A stretch of 64,000 bases of DNA, from positions 42,458 through 106,457 of the forward strand of contig JAMCRP010000002.1 of the NCBI GenBank assembly GCA_023380635.1, written 5' to 3'. A model generated the notes under the pieces. The model had not been told where the DNA came from and did not search any database. It saw nothing but the letters and a program-made list of their open reading frames with translations. Position numbers and translations under genes: made by a program. Position 1 is the first letter of the stretch; every line of letters starts with the position of its first letter. The DNA comes from Patescibacteria group bacterium (GTDB taxonomy: Bacteria > Patescibacteriota > Microgenomatia > JAMCZE01). Of this stretch, positions 54,123 through 63,362 are shown in pieces.

Positions 54123-54222
54123 TTTGAAATTTGAACTTTGAAATTTGAAATCAATTTTAAAATTTAAAATTAATCAATTTCAAATTCAATTCAAATTTAG
54201 AATTTCAAATTAAAAATTAGTG
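54110..54222. repeat. A/T-rich 8-bp periodic 'AATTT(G/C)AA' array (largest copy), upstream of the phosphoesterase gene
   Basis: aatcaatttgaaatttgaactttgaaatttgaaatcaattttaaaatttaaaattaatcaatttcaaattcaattcaaatttagaatttcaaattaaaaatt. Confidence 0.8.
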
Positions 54223-54939
54223 TGTGATGTCTTTATATCCCCATTTTTCGATATCAATGCGGTAATCTGTTGTCGAGATAATAGACCCCCGGGTCACTCT
54301 ATTTTGCGGGGGATTGGTCCCAAACTGTTGTTCCAATCGGCTGGCCAGTTCCTTCATAACCCACTCCGGTACCAGATTGCGTTCGGAAGGGTAGATATAG
54401 CGAAACAAGATAAGGTGGATAAGCAAGATTTCCCAATTGCGTTCCAGAGTGCTCAAAAGATATTTCCAGTCAATATTTTTACTCTGTTTTAAGATTAAGT
54501 GGGCAATATCCGGACCTTCAAATTTCTCCCGTTCCACCCGGTAAATTCGGCTAATAATTAAATCGGATACCGATGGAACCCGTAAATCAAGGCCCAGGAT
54601 TTTGGCCGGTTGGGACCATTGAAACCAGCCGTCATTGACCTGCCAGGTGCCCTGAATGGAGCCGAAAACCAAATCGGCGATATTTTTGCGGCTGGTTTTG
54701 CCAAAAATTTTAGCCAGCCAACGGACATCCCAAACAGTAGTGGGAAATTTCCGGTCAGTAAATATTTTCAGAATTTTTGGGGAATCACTGGCTTTACAAA
54801 AGATGTCGATGTCTTTTGTCGGCCGCTCGATGCCGGTATAGTGCCGGACAGCAAAAGTCCCGCCGATCAGAAACGGGATGTCGGTTTTAGTCAGGATTTT
54901 CAGGACCTGCCGATAAAACCTTTCTGGTCCTTCGGCCAT
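54217..54939 (-). CDS. putative nucleotidyltransferase-fold protein
   Basis: IGGTFAVRHYTGIERPTKDIDIF (a GG/GS...D-x-D-like minimal NTase motif). Weak assignment. Confidence 0.35.
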   Translation of the reverse strand: MAEGPERFYRQVLKILTKTDIPFLIGGTFAVRHYTGIERPTKDIDIFCKASDSPKILKIFTDRKFPTTVWDVRWLAKIFGKTSRKNIADLVFGSIQGTWQVNDGWFQWSQPAKILGLDLRVPSVSDLIISRIYRVEREKFEGPDIAHLILKQSKNIDWKYLLSTLERNWEILLIHLILFRYIYPSERNLVPEWVMKELASRLEQQFGTNPPQNRVTRGSIISTTDYRIDIEKWGYKDITH

Positions 54940-54951
54940 GGGTGGAGTCTA

Positions 54952-55836
54952 CTACTTCGAAGCTTGAGTGCGAGTAAAATTCTGGTAATAATAATCTAAT
55001 ATAATCTGGGCGTTACTGATCCGGGCGCAAGTCTTTTGCAGCGCCTGATCGTCCTCAGGAGTCGGAGTAATGGTTTTGCTTTGAAAAGCATACATTAATG
55101 CCTGCGGGTCGCTCACATGGTCCATATTCAGGGCGTGTCCCAGTTCGTGAGCCAGAGTATGAATCAGTTCGTCCTTGGAATTAACATAATAAATAGAAAT
55201 AGTCTGGTTTTGGCCGTCAAACAGGCCCGATTCGGGTTTCTGAGCGATCACGGCATTAAAGGTATTCACGGTATTATTTAGTTGGTCGACCTGAAAGTTA
55301 TAATTATTGATGGAGATTTTTAAGCTGGCGGCTTCGGTCCGCAGGCTGTTTTCTTCAGTTTTCAGGGCTTGCTGACGGGAAATCAGACTGTCATAAACAT
55401 CTTTCGGAGCGCCCCCTTTGGCGTTCCAACTATCAATTTCGCTGTTTAGAGCCGCCACGCGGGCGGCAAAGTCATTCAGCTTGGCCTGAAACTGAGCTAC
55501 TTTGGAGTCTAAGGCTGTCCGGTCCGTATTGGTACCGCTTTCCATGTTTTGCACTTGAGAAGACAACTGCTGGCGCTCGTCATAAACAAAATTAATGATT
55601 AATTTCGCCTGTGGGTCTTCTTTTAAAACCGGCTTGCCCCAAGCCTGGTTCCAGATATCGGCTGCCTGAGTAATATCAGCCTCGGCAGCAGAGCTGGTTA
55701 GATTAAACCGGGGGTCAATAACGCCTAATTTATAGTCCACCGGGTGATCGCAGGGGTAATAATAGCTGTTATTCAAACACCAGATCACTCCCAACCCACT
55801 CAGCAGAGTTAAGACTAATATCCCCAAAGTTTTCAT
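54952..55836 (-). CDS. secreted zinc metalloprotease (metzincin-like HExxHxxNxxH) with a coiled-coil insertion
   Basis: Signal peptide; HELGHALNMDH; Met-turn-like ALMYAF downstream; central Q/N/S-rich coiled-coil segment. Confidence 0.6.
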   Translation of the reverse strand: MKTLGILVLTLLSGLGVIWCLNNSYYYPCDHPVDYKLGVIDPRFNLTSSAAEADITQAADIWNQAWGKPVLKEDPQAKLIINFVYDERQQLSSQVQNMESGTNTDRTALDSKVAQFQAKLNDFAARVAALNSEIDSWNAKGGAPKDVYDSLISRQQALKTEENSLRTEAASLKISINNYNFQVDQLNNTVNTFNAVIAQKPESGLFDGQNQTISIYYVNSKDELIHTLAHELGHALNMDHVSDPQALMYAFQSKTITPTPEDDQALQKTCARISNAQIILDYYYQNFTRTQASK

Positions 55837-56014
55837 GGCTATCTATATTCAAGCACTCTGCCGGCCGGGTAGCAAGATCAGATAATTTGATCCTCTTCCA
55901 TAAATGGCAACGAACAAGTAATATTTAGGCCGTAACGATTAAAAACCGGATGAACTGGAATTTCGCCGACTTTGGACACTAATTGGATTTTAATTTTTTG
56001 AGTTAGGGGGGATA

Positions 56015-57085
56015 ATGGTAACGGTGAAAAGAAAGCTACTTCTTTTTCTGGTTATCGGCTTGGCAGTGATTGCGGGAATAGTTGAATGGCGCTTTGTGGT
56101 TCGAAGCAAGCCGATCTTGCTCTCAGATAACATTTCGCAAGTGACTAGCGGAACAATCCGGGGTTACAGCTATTGGGTTTTTAACCAGGGGGATTTTCCC
56201 TGCGGGAAGCAGGGCGATCACCAGTTTATGGTGATTCAAAAAGGAGCAGCGAGGAACAATCGCAATCTTCTGGTGCGTTTTACCGGCGGTTTTGCCGGTT
56301 TTTTCTACCCCAATGGCCAAGGTAACAAGAATTATTTTCCTGATTCGGGGTTGGAATCTTTGCTTTCGGCGGATTCCTATTTTAAAGAGCCATCACTGGC
56401 CGGTTTGGACCGGCTCGTTGTTGATACTTCCGGCTGGAGGCTGGTGGCGCCCAGTTATTGCTCCCATGATTTTTACTTAGGGACAGGTCAATATAACAGC
56501 GAAGATGGTTTCGCCCGTTGGGGAAAAAGCGCGGACGAACAAGCTTTAACTTTTGTCGAAAAGAATTTTCCCACCGATAAGATCGTTACCTACGGCACTT
56601 CCGCCGGCGCCATGGGCGCGTATATCGAAGGAATTTCTCACAATAATGTCGTTGGTATTGTTATGGATTCTTTTGCCGGAGATTTAAGTTCCGTTGCTAC
56701 CGCTTGCGAAAAGGGGATTCAACCTTACCTTTCCTCCTGGCCCTGTACCTGTAATGGCCAAACCTGTGTCCGGACCCTGGCCTCCCGAATCGGGTTTAAT
56801 CTGGGCGATGAGCCTTACCGGGCGGTTTCGGCGGGTCAGATAAAAGTTCCCCTATACCTGATATGGGATCAAAACGATTATATCTATAATTCCCACACCG
56901 ATTTGCAGTTTAATCCGCTGGCCCAGGCTATAAAAAAAGCTAATCCCGGCGGCAAATCGGAAGCGGTGGAAATTTGTGTCGATAATCCCCAAACCGGGCA
57001 AAAATGCGGGATGCATTCGCCGACTCTGGCGGACAACCCCGCCACGAGGCAGGTTTATGACTGGGTTTTGTCGGTGACTAAGTAA
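56015..57085 (+). CDS. secreted alpha/beta-hydrolase-fold esterase (GxSxG)
   Basis: Signal anchor; nucleophile elbow YGTSAGAMGAY; pectin-acetylesterase/notum-like layout suspected. Confidence 0.45.
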   Translation: MVTVKRKLLLFLVIGLAVIAGIVEWRFVVRSKPILLSDNISQVTSGTIRGYSYWVFNQGDFPCGKQGDHQFMVIQKGAARNNRNLLVRFTGGFAGFFYPNGQGNKNYFPDSGLESLLSADSYFKEPSLAGLDRLVVDTSGWRLVAPSYCSHDFYLGTGQYNSEDGFARWGKSADEQALTFVEKNFPTDKIVTYGTSAGAMGAYIEGISHNNVVGIVMDSFAGDLSSVATACEKGIQPYLSSWPCTCNGQTCVRTLASRIGFNLGDEPYRAVSAGQIKVPLYLIWDQNDYIYNSHTDLQFNPLAQAIKKANPGGKSEAVEICVDNPQTGQKCGMHSPTLADNPATRQVYDWVLSVTK

Positions 57086-57800
57086 GCCTGGTCACGGCGA
57101 AGATGAGGGCGGCGCCGAGGATTGTTAATAAAATAGTCTTGTACGATGAGCGTTCACTGTGGGCTTCAGGCAAAATTTCGGCGGCGCCGATGTAAAGCAG
57201 GAATCCGGCAAAAAAGCCAAGATATAAGAGTAAAATATTCGGCGGCAGGGTAAAAAACTTGGTAGCTAAAGCCCCCAGAACCGGAGCCAGCGCGTCTAAA
57301 AATAATAACCTTAAAGCCCGGCCGCGGGAATTTTTGTGGACCAAGACTAACGATACCGTATTCAAGCCGTCGGAAAAGTCGTGGGCAATAACAGCCAGAG
57401 AAACTAATATTCCGATGGCAACGGAGACCTGAAAGCCCAGCCCGATGCCCACACCGTCAAGGAACGAGTGTCCGGATAGCGCCAGAGCTGAAAGAATTCC
57501 CACCGTCGGGTGTTTATGATGGCCATATATTTCTTCCTGTTCGTGATGAATAAGAAGGACCTTTTCGGTGATATGAAAGATGAGAAACCCCGCGACCAGG
57601 GCTAGCATGGGAAAAATGGCATCAGTTTGTAAAGCGGAAGTCAGGCGGATAATTTCCGGAAAAATGTCAAAAGTCACGACACCCAATAACACTCCGGCGG
57701 TAAAGCCAAGAATCAGATGCAATTTGTCCTGATGCCGTAAACCAAACAGGCCGCCGCAAAAGGTGGAGACAAAAGTCAGGAGGGCAATAAAAACTACCAT
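57078..57800 (-). CDS. ZIP-family metal (Zn/Fe) transporter
   Basis: His-rich loop (HHEQEEIYGHHKHP) and conserved HDFSDG / GLALSGHSFLDGVGIG motifs. Confidence 0.8.
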   Translation of the reverse strand: MVVFIALLTFVSTFCGGLFGLRHQDKLHLILGFTAGVLLGVVTFDIFPEIIRLTSALQTDAIFPMLALVAGFLIFHITEKVLLIHHEQEEIYGHHKHPTVGILSALALSGHSFLDGVGIGLGFQVSVAIGILVSLAVIAHDFSDGLNTVSLVLVHKNSRGRALRLLFLDALAPVLGALATKFFTLPPNILLLYLGFFAGFLLYIGAAEILPEAHSERSSYKTILLTILGAALIFAVTRLT

Positions 57801-57878
57801 AAATCAGCAAAAGTATATCATACAGGCCTCTTATCTTCCGTTCACTTTATTCTAACCTCTTCGAACTAGAGGTAAGAC

Positions 57879-58568
57879 ATGTTTGAGGATCGTCAGGATG
57901 CCGGACAGAAACTGGCCAAAAAACTCGCGGAATTAGATTTAAAAGACCCACTGATCATTGCTTTGCCGCGCGGCGGCGTGCCGGTGGGGTTCGAGGTGGC
58001 TAAACAGATGAGAGCGCCCCTCGAGGTCCTAATCGTGCGTAAGTTGGGGGTGCCGGGCAATCCGGAGTTTGGTTTTGGGGCGCTGGCGTCAGACGGCACT
58101 CTCATAGTTGACCAAAATATCATCGACCAGCTGGACTTAACCGGCGAAGAGATTAAATTTGTCTTGAGTCGAGAGATGGCTGAACTGGCTCGGCGCCAAA
58201 AGCTTTACCAATTGCCGGACCATTCTCCGGCTGTAGCCGGGCGGGAAGTCGTTTTGGTGGATGACGGTCTGGCGACCGGGGTTTCGATGCGGGCGGCCGT
58301 CCAGGCGGTTTTAAAGCAAAATCCTCAAAAACTGGTGGTAGCGATCCCGGTGTGCAGTCTCGACGCAACAACCGGGATTCGTAGCCAATTGCGGCCTCAG
58401 GATGAAATAATTTGCCTGGCGACGCCGCTGGACTTTTCGGCCGTCGGGATGTGGTATCAGCATTTTCCACAGACGACCGACGAAGAAGTCATTAATTTAT
58501 TAAATTTGGCGCGAAAAAGGCTTGAGGGAGGCAGGAAATATGGACATCCGGGTAAAGCGGGTTTATGA
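57879..58568 (+). CDS. phosphoribosyltransferase-domain protein
   Basis: IIALPRGGVPVGFEVA...VVLVDDGLATGVSMRAA (PRPP-binding motif). Confidence 0.7.
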   Translation: MFEDRQDAGQKLAKKLAELDLKDPLIIALPRGGVPVGFEVAKQMRAPLEVLIVRKLGVPGNPEFGFGALASDGTLIVDQNIIDQLDLTGEEIKFVLSREMAELARRQKLYQLPDHSPAVAGREVVLVDDGLATGVSMRAAVQAVLKQNPQKLVVAIPVCSLDATTGIRSQLRPQDEIICLATPLDFSAVGMWYQHFPQTTDEEVINLLNLARKRLEGGRKYGHPGKAGL

Positions 58569-58878
58569 ACCGCCGGAAGAAAGCGACGGAAGGCGGATCC
58601 TTGTGGATCGTTTATGGCCCAGAGGCTTGACTAAACAAAAAGCCAAAGTCGATTTATGGCTTAAGGATCTGGGGCCAAGCACACCGCTTCGGCAATGGTT
58701 TAATCACGAGCCGGCCAAATGGGATGAGTTTCAAAAACGCTACCGGGAGGAGCTAAAGGGCAAAAAGGATCTTTTAAACCGGATTCCCAGAGACGAAAAG
58801 GTAACTTTGATATACGGCGCCAGAGACAAATTGCATAATGAAGCTTTGGTCCTCAAGAACTTCTTGACAAAACATTAG
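58540..58878 (+). CDS. DUF488 (YeaO-like) family protein
   Basis: MDIRVKRVYEPPEESDGRRILVDRLWPRGLTK...WLKDLGPSTPLRQWFNHEPAKWDEF. Confidence 0.7.
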   Translation: MDIRVKRVYEPPEESDGRRILVDRLWPRGLTKQKAKVDLWLKDLGPSTPLRQWFNHEPAKWDEFQKRYREELKGKKDLLNRIPRDEKVTLIYGARDKLHNEALVLKNFLTKH

Positions 58879-58897
58879 TATCTGCTAATATATATTT

Positions 58898-59164
58898 ATG
58901 AAATCATCCGTTTTGTCCGCTCTGACAAATCCGGTCAGGCTGAAACTGATTAGTTGCCTTTCCAAGGGTTCAAAGAATGTGACCGAATTAATTGGTAATT
59001 GCGGCCTTTCTCAATCAGCAGTCTCCCAGCATCTGGAAAAGCTGCGGGGGGCGGGTTTGGTAAAAACCAGGCGGGACGGAAAAGAGATTTACTACCAATT
59101 AACCAGTAAAAAGACGGCTAAGGTTAGTTATTTACTCCAGAAATATTTAACGGAGGCCAGATGA
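58898..59164 (+). CDS. ArsR/SmtB-family transcriptional regulator
   Basis: LTNPVRLKLISCLSKGSKNVTELIGNCGLSQSAVSQHLEKLRGAGLV. Confidence 0.8.
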   Translation: MKSSVLSALTNPVRLKLISCLSKGSKNVTELIGNCGLSQSAVSQHLEKLRGAGLVKTRRDGKEIYYQLTSKKTAKVSYLLQKYLTEAR

Positions 59165-59406
59165 AAATAAAGCTCTATTCCACCCATACCTGTCCGTATT
59201 GCATGTTGGAAAAAGCGTGGCTGGAAGCCAACAAAGTTACTTTTGAAGTCGTCTATGTGGACACAAACCAGCAGGAGGCGATAGATATGGTCCAAAAAAC
59301 CGGCCAAATGGGAGTGCCGGTGACGGAAATCCAGCTTGAGGGTAAAGAACCGGAGTATGTTGTCGGTTTCGATCAGGCAAGACTAAGTTCCGTTTTGAGG
59401 GTATAA
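59161..59406 (+). CDS. glutaredoxin-like protein (NrdH/thioredoxin-fold, CPYC)
   Basis: MKIKLYSTHTCPYCMLEKAWLEANKVTFEVVYVD. Confidence 0.8.
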   Translation: MKIKLYSTHTCPYCMLEKAWLEANKVTFEVVYVDTNQQEAIDMVQKTGQMGVPVTEIQLEGKEPEYVVGFDQARLSSVLRV

Positions 59407-59448
59407 TATTTGCGCTTTAGATACCGTTAACCTGAGAACCAATCACGA

Positions 59449-59964
59449 GTGAAGATTAGCTGGTTAGATCCTCTTATCTTTCTCTTTGCCGCCATCGGCG
59501 GTTTTTTTCTTATTCCCCGGCATGTCTTTTTTGAAAACTTCGCGGTTCTGGCTTGGATATATCTTCCCTTTTTTGCCCTGACGATTACCTGTCTGGCCAG
59601 AAACCTTCTTGCTAGAGCCAGGGCAGCAAGAAATGCCGGCAGTTCTTTTTTGGGGATAGTTTCTACGGCGGTAGGGATTACCGCATTGCAAGCCTGTGGC
59701 TTGGGAATGCCGGCCTGCGGGTCAGCTTTGGGAGTCTTTTTTGGCTTGGCACTTGTTCCTGGTTTTGTGGCAGCTTTTGTCCGGGACTACGCCCCGCTGC
59801 TGATTTTTATCTCCATCATTTTTCAGGCAATCGCCCTATACAGTCTTGGCTGCTTTAACCGCTTCGCTCACCTGCATCCAGAAAATCGCCCAGAGCCAGA
59901 CGCCAAGAATATAAACCAGCGGTATAGGGGCCGGCATAAACCAGCCGGTAAAAGCCAGGAGTGA
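59449..59964 (+). CDS. hypothetical Cys-containing membrane protein (GTG start) in the ArsR-NrdH operon
   Basis: 4-5 TM helices; CGLGMPACG motif. Its 3' end overlaps the convergent ATPase gene by ~129 nt, so the end is uncertain. Confidence 0.35.
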   Translation: MKISWLDPLIFLFAAIGGFFLIPRHVFFENFAVLAWIYLPFFALTITCLARNLLARARAARNAGSSFLGIVSTAVGITALQACGLGMPACGSALGVFFGLALVPGFVAAFVRDYAPLLIFISIIFQAIALYSLGCFNRFAHLHPENRPEPDAKNINQRYRGRHKPAGKSQE

Positions 59965-62175
59965 AGCCACCAGCTGGGTAAGAGTGGTGGCAATAATAAC
60001 TTCATTGCTCGGTAAAAATTTCCACCAGCGCTGCTTCGTATGCGCCACATAAATCAGGAGGTGTCCGGAAACCGTCAGTTTAAGAAAATAAATTGTCTGG
60101 ACTACGGGCAGGGAAATGTGAAAAACTCCGACTAACAGGAAAAATAAAATCAGACTGTTAGCCACTCCAACCAGTCCGTATAACGAACTTAAGATAAACC
60201 GTTTCCTGATATTCAGTTTGGCCGGGCTGGTAGTGTTTTCTACCCGGTCATAGGCCAGAGAAATAATCGGAATATCATTTAACAAAGCAATAAGAATTAT
60301 CTGCAAAGGAGTCAGAGGATAGGATTTATAAATTAATCCGAGAATTACAATAGTGACAATCAGGCGAAAGCTTTCGGACAGGCGGTAGACGGAATAGGAA
60401 TAAAGCCGCGAGAAAATTTTCCGGCTTTCAATAATGGCGTCCTTAATAACGGAAATGCCGTTAGAGAGAAGGACAATGTCCGCGGCTTCCTTTAGAGCAA
60501 TGACAGCGTTCTCGACGGCAAAGCCGACATTGGCTGCTTTGACGGCCGGCAAATCGTTAACCCCGTCGCCGTTAGTGGCCACGACGAAATATTTTTTAGC
60601 ATCCTGAACCAGTCTGAGTTTATCTTCAGGGTAAATCTCGGCAAAGGCCTGAACGCTTCTGTAAAAATTAATATCCAACCCCTGCCAGTTCGTCTTCTCC
60701 AGATCGCTTCGGGTGATAATTTTGTTTCCCGGGATGGCCAGTTTTTTGGCAATTTCGCCGGCAATAACCCGGTTGTCGCCGGTGACCATCGCTACTTCAA
60801 TCTGTTCACTGGTGAGGAATTGAATAACATCGGAAGCCTCCGGCCGGAGCTCATCGGATAAGGCTAAAAGGCCGACCAAGGTCATCTCTTTTTCTTCCTT
60901 TCCGGTCGCGACAGCCAGACTTCGGTAGCCTTCCTGCCCCAAATCGGCAATGTCCTTTTCGACTTTATTTTTTTGCGTTGGCGACAAGGCGCAAAGATCA
61001 AGAATAACCTGCGAAGCTCCGGCCGTGACATAGATTTTTCCCTCGCCGTCTTTAACCTGAGCCGTCGTTCTTTTTTTGACCGAATCGCCGGGAACGAAAC
61101 TGTAAACCGTGTAGTCAACGGGTAAAGCGGCCAGCTCACCGGCCTTGCTGATAATCGCTTGACTGATTAAATTCCGGCTATCCTGATAGGAAGCCAGGTA
61201 GGCATCGGCAATAACATTTTTGTCGGTGTAGTAATTGTAGGGAATTATCCGGTCAATAACAATTTTATTTTCAGTCAGCGTCCCGGTCTTATCCGTCAGC
61301 AGTAAATTAACATTGGCTAAATCTTCCAGGGCGCTAAGCCTGCGGACCACGACCTGTTTTTTAGAAAGATCGAGAACTCCAAGAGCAATAATTAAGGTCA
61401 TAACGGTTGGCAAACTGACGGGGATCCCGGCGATAATCAGGCTAAGATCTAAGGTCAGAAGATCAATAACGGGCGCATGCTGGAGAATAAAGAAGACGCT
61501 TAAAACAGCTACGCCAATAAGGCTGAGGGCGGAAAGAAATTTAGAGATGCGGATAATATCCGTTTCCAGAAAACTTTTGCCTTTTTGGGTTTCAACGGAA
61601 AAAATCACTTTGCCGAATTTAGTGTTTTTGCCGGTGGCAGTAATTTTTAAGGTGGCAATGCCGGTAGCAATAAATGAGCCGGAATAAAGAGCGTCGTTCA
61701 GGTTCTTGTCATTGGGCAAAGATTCGCCGGTTAAGGCCGATTCGTTTACGGAGACATTTTTGTTATCAATTAAGAGGCCGTCGGCGGGAACGATTTCGCC
61801 GGCAGTCAATTGAATAATATCCTCAGGAACTAACTCCCGGGTATCAACATCTTGCCATTGTCCGTCGCGAAAAGTTCTAACCCGGCTTTTTAAATTTTCG
61901 TTGAGCTTGGCGATGGCGTTGTCTGCCTTGGCTTCCTGCCAGGCGGAGACGCCGATATTTAACAGGAGCAGGGTCAGAATAAAATAACCGTCAAAAGTTT
62001 TAGCGCTGACAAAGGATAAGCCCGAAGCCAGAAGAAGCATGAGAGAAATGGGGGAGAAGAATTGTTTAAAGATTTTTACGAATAACGGGGTCTTTTTCTC
62101 GGGAATTTCGTTGGGGCCGGTCTCCCGTAGACTTTGGGTTGCCTGGACGGAAGTCAAACCGGAAAAACTTTCCAT
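59836..62175 (-). CDS. P-type cation-transporting ATPase (type II/III-like)
   Basis: DKTGTLT phosphorylation site, TGDN, GDGVNDLPAVKAANVGFAV (GDGxNDxPAL), and an N-terminal GLT...EA...R...GPNE... actuator-region pattern. Confidence 0.9.
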   Translation of the reverse strand: MESFSGLTSVQATQSLRETGPNEIPEKKTPLFVKIFKQFFSPISLMLLLASGLSFVSAKTFDGYFILTLLLLNIGVSAWQEAKADNAIAKLNENLKSRVRTFRDGQWQDVDTRELVPEDIIQLTAGEIVPADGLLIDNKNVSVNESALTGESLPNDKNLNDALYSGSFIATGIATLKITATGKNTKFGKVIFSVETQKGKSFLETDIIRISKFLSALSLIGVAVLSVFFILQHAPVIDLLTLDLSLIIAGIPVSLPTVMTLIIALGVLDLSKKQVVVRRLSALEDLANVNLLLTDKTGTLTENKIVIDRIIPYNYYTDKNVIADAYLASYQDSRNLISQAIISKAGELAALPVDYTVYSFVPGDSVKKRTTAQVKDGEGKIYVTAGASQVILDLCALSPTQKNKVEKDIADLGQEGYRSLAVATGKEEKEMTLVGLLALSDELRPEASDVIQFLTSEQIEVAMVTGDNRVIAGEIAKKLAIPGNKIITRSDLEKTNWQGLDINFYRSVQAFAEIYPEDKLRLVQDAKKYFVVATNGDGVNDLPAVKAANVGFAVENAVIALKEAADIVLLSNGISVIKDAIIESRKIFSRLYSYSVYRLSESFRLIVTIVILGLIYKSYPLTPLQIILIALLNDIPIISLAYDRVENTTSPAKLNIRKRFILSSLYGLVGVANSLILFFLLVGVFHISLPVVQTIYFLKLTVSGHLLIYVAHTKQRWWKFLPSNEVIIATTLTQLVASLLAFTGWFMPAPIPLVYILGVWLWAIFWMQVSEAVKAAKTV

Positions 62176-62438
62176 GAAAACATTTTAGACGCTGTGGCGG
62201 AAGTTGCCAAGTTTTTTGCAGAGCTAAGAACGGGCCGGATTTTTCTTCTCCCGTTTTCTTTTGGCGGCCGCGATAGCCTCAAGAATTTGCCGTTCAGTTA
62301 AAGTTTCTGACATTAGGGATATTCTAACCGAATAGTTTACCCGAATGTGCTTCAATTAACAGTCCTCAATTTTTACGCTTAAAATCCCGCTTTCTTTACG
62401 AATGTAACCCGCAAGTTATGTGATATATTAGTTAACAA

Positions 62439-62909
62439 GTGATTAATCTGCTGATTGTTTTTACTGCCCAATATGCTTTTCTGGTTAGTGTTTTGGTTTT
62501 GTTGATTTTTCTGGTAAAAACAAGTGGTCAAACTAGAAAAAGATTAATAATTTTGGCGCTAATGTCATTTATTTTTTCCTATCTTTTGGCTAAAATTTCA
62601 GCAATGTTCATTTACGATCCCCGCCCATTTGTGACTTCGCATGTCCAACCGCTATTTCCTCACACTCCCGATAATGGTTTCCCTTCAGATCATACCCTTT
62701 TAACCACAGCCATTGCCGCCGTGATTTTTGCTTTTAACAAGAGGTTGGGGGCATTTCTTTTTGCCTTGGCTCTGGTTATTGGTTTGGCTCGGATTTTGGC
62801 TCATGTCCACCAACCATTGGATATTATTAGCTCGGTTCTTATTGCTGTTGGGATGACCTTAGTTTCAAACCGATTATTAGACCGGCTGATGAAAGCGCCA
62901 AAGCAGTAA
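62439..62909 (+). CDS. PAP2-family lipid phosphatase (undecaprenyl-diphosphatase-like)
   Basis: PSDHT and SR...H...D (ARILAHVHQPLD) phosphatase motifs; polytopic membrane protein. Confidence 0.7.
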   Translation: MINLLIVFTAQYAFLVSVLVLLIFLVKTSGQTRKRLIILALMSFIFSYLLAKISAMFIYDPRPFVTSHVQPLFPHTPDNGFPSDHTLLTTAIAAVIFAFNKRLGAFLFALALVIGLARILAHVHQPLDIISSVLIAVGMTLVSNRLLDRLMKAPKQ

Positions 62910-63339
62910 TAACTGGTCCAATGGAAGGAATTGGCAGCAGGAAAAATACATCTTTATCTAAAAGATTTCTGGGCCAGCCTGCCAAAAACCAAAGGGCGGC
63001 GTAATAAAAAATGTCCCAGAAAGAAAAAGCAATCAGGAAATTTCCCAGCCGTTCCCGAAATGTTTTTCCGCTAAGGTAAGCGAGGGAAATTAAGACTATT
63101 AAGGTAGATATTTCCCGGTAAATCTCCGCTGCCGCGATGTTAAAATCGGGAATAATTGTGACCTGTGACCGAACAAAAGCAACAAACCCTAGGTTTAAAA
63201 CGGTGGTAAACTGCGGCCAGGGAGTGTTAAAACCATAATGAAGCAGTTGACGCAGATAGTAAACTACCGCGGCTTCATCAATGGCAAAACCCAGGGAAAA
63301 TAAGAAGATAAAAAATAATTTTTTGCCAGATAATCGCAT
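62839..63339 (-). CDS. hypothetical polytopic membrane protein
   Basis: 166 aa with 4-5 TM helices; convergent ~70-nt overlap with the PAP2 gene. Confidence 0.35.
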   Translation of the reverse strand: MRLSGKKLFFIFLFSLGFAIDEAAVVYYLRQLLHYGFNTPWPQFTTVLNLGFVAFVRSQVTIIPDFNIAAAEIYREISTLIVLISLAYLSGKTFRERLGNFLIAFSFWDIFYYAALWFLAGWPRNLLDKDVFFLLPIPSIGPVITALALSSAGLIIGLKLRSSQQQ

Positions 63340-63362
63340 CTAACATATAATAACTCGAAATG

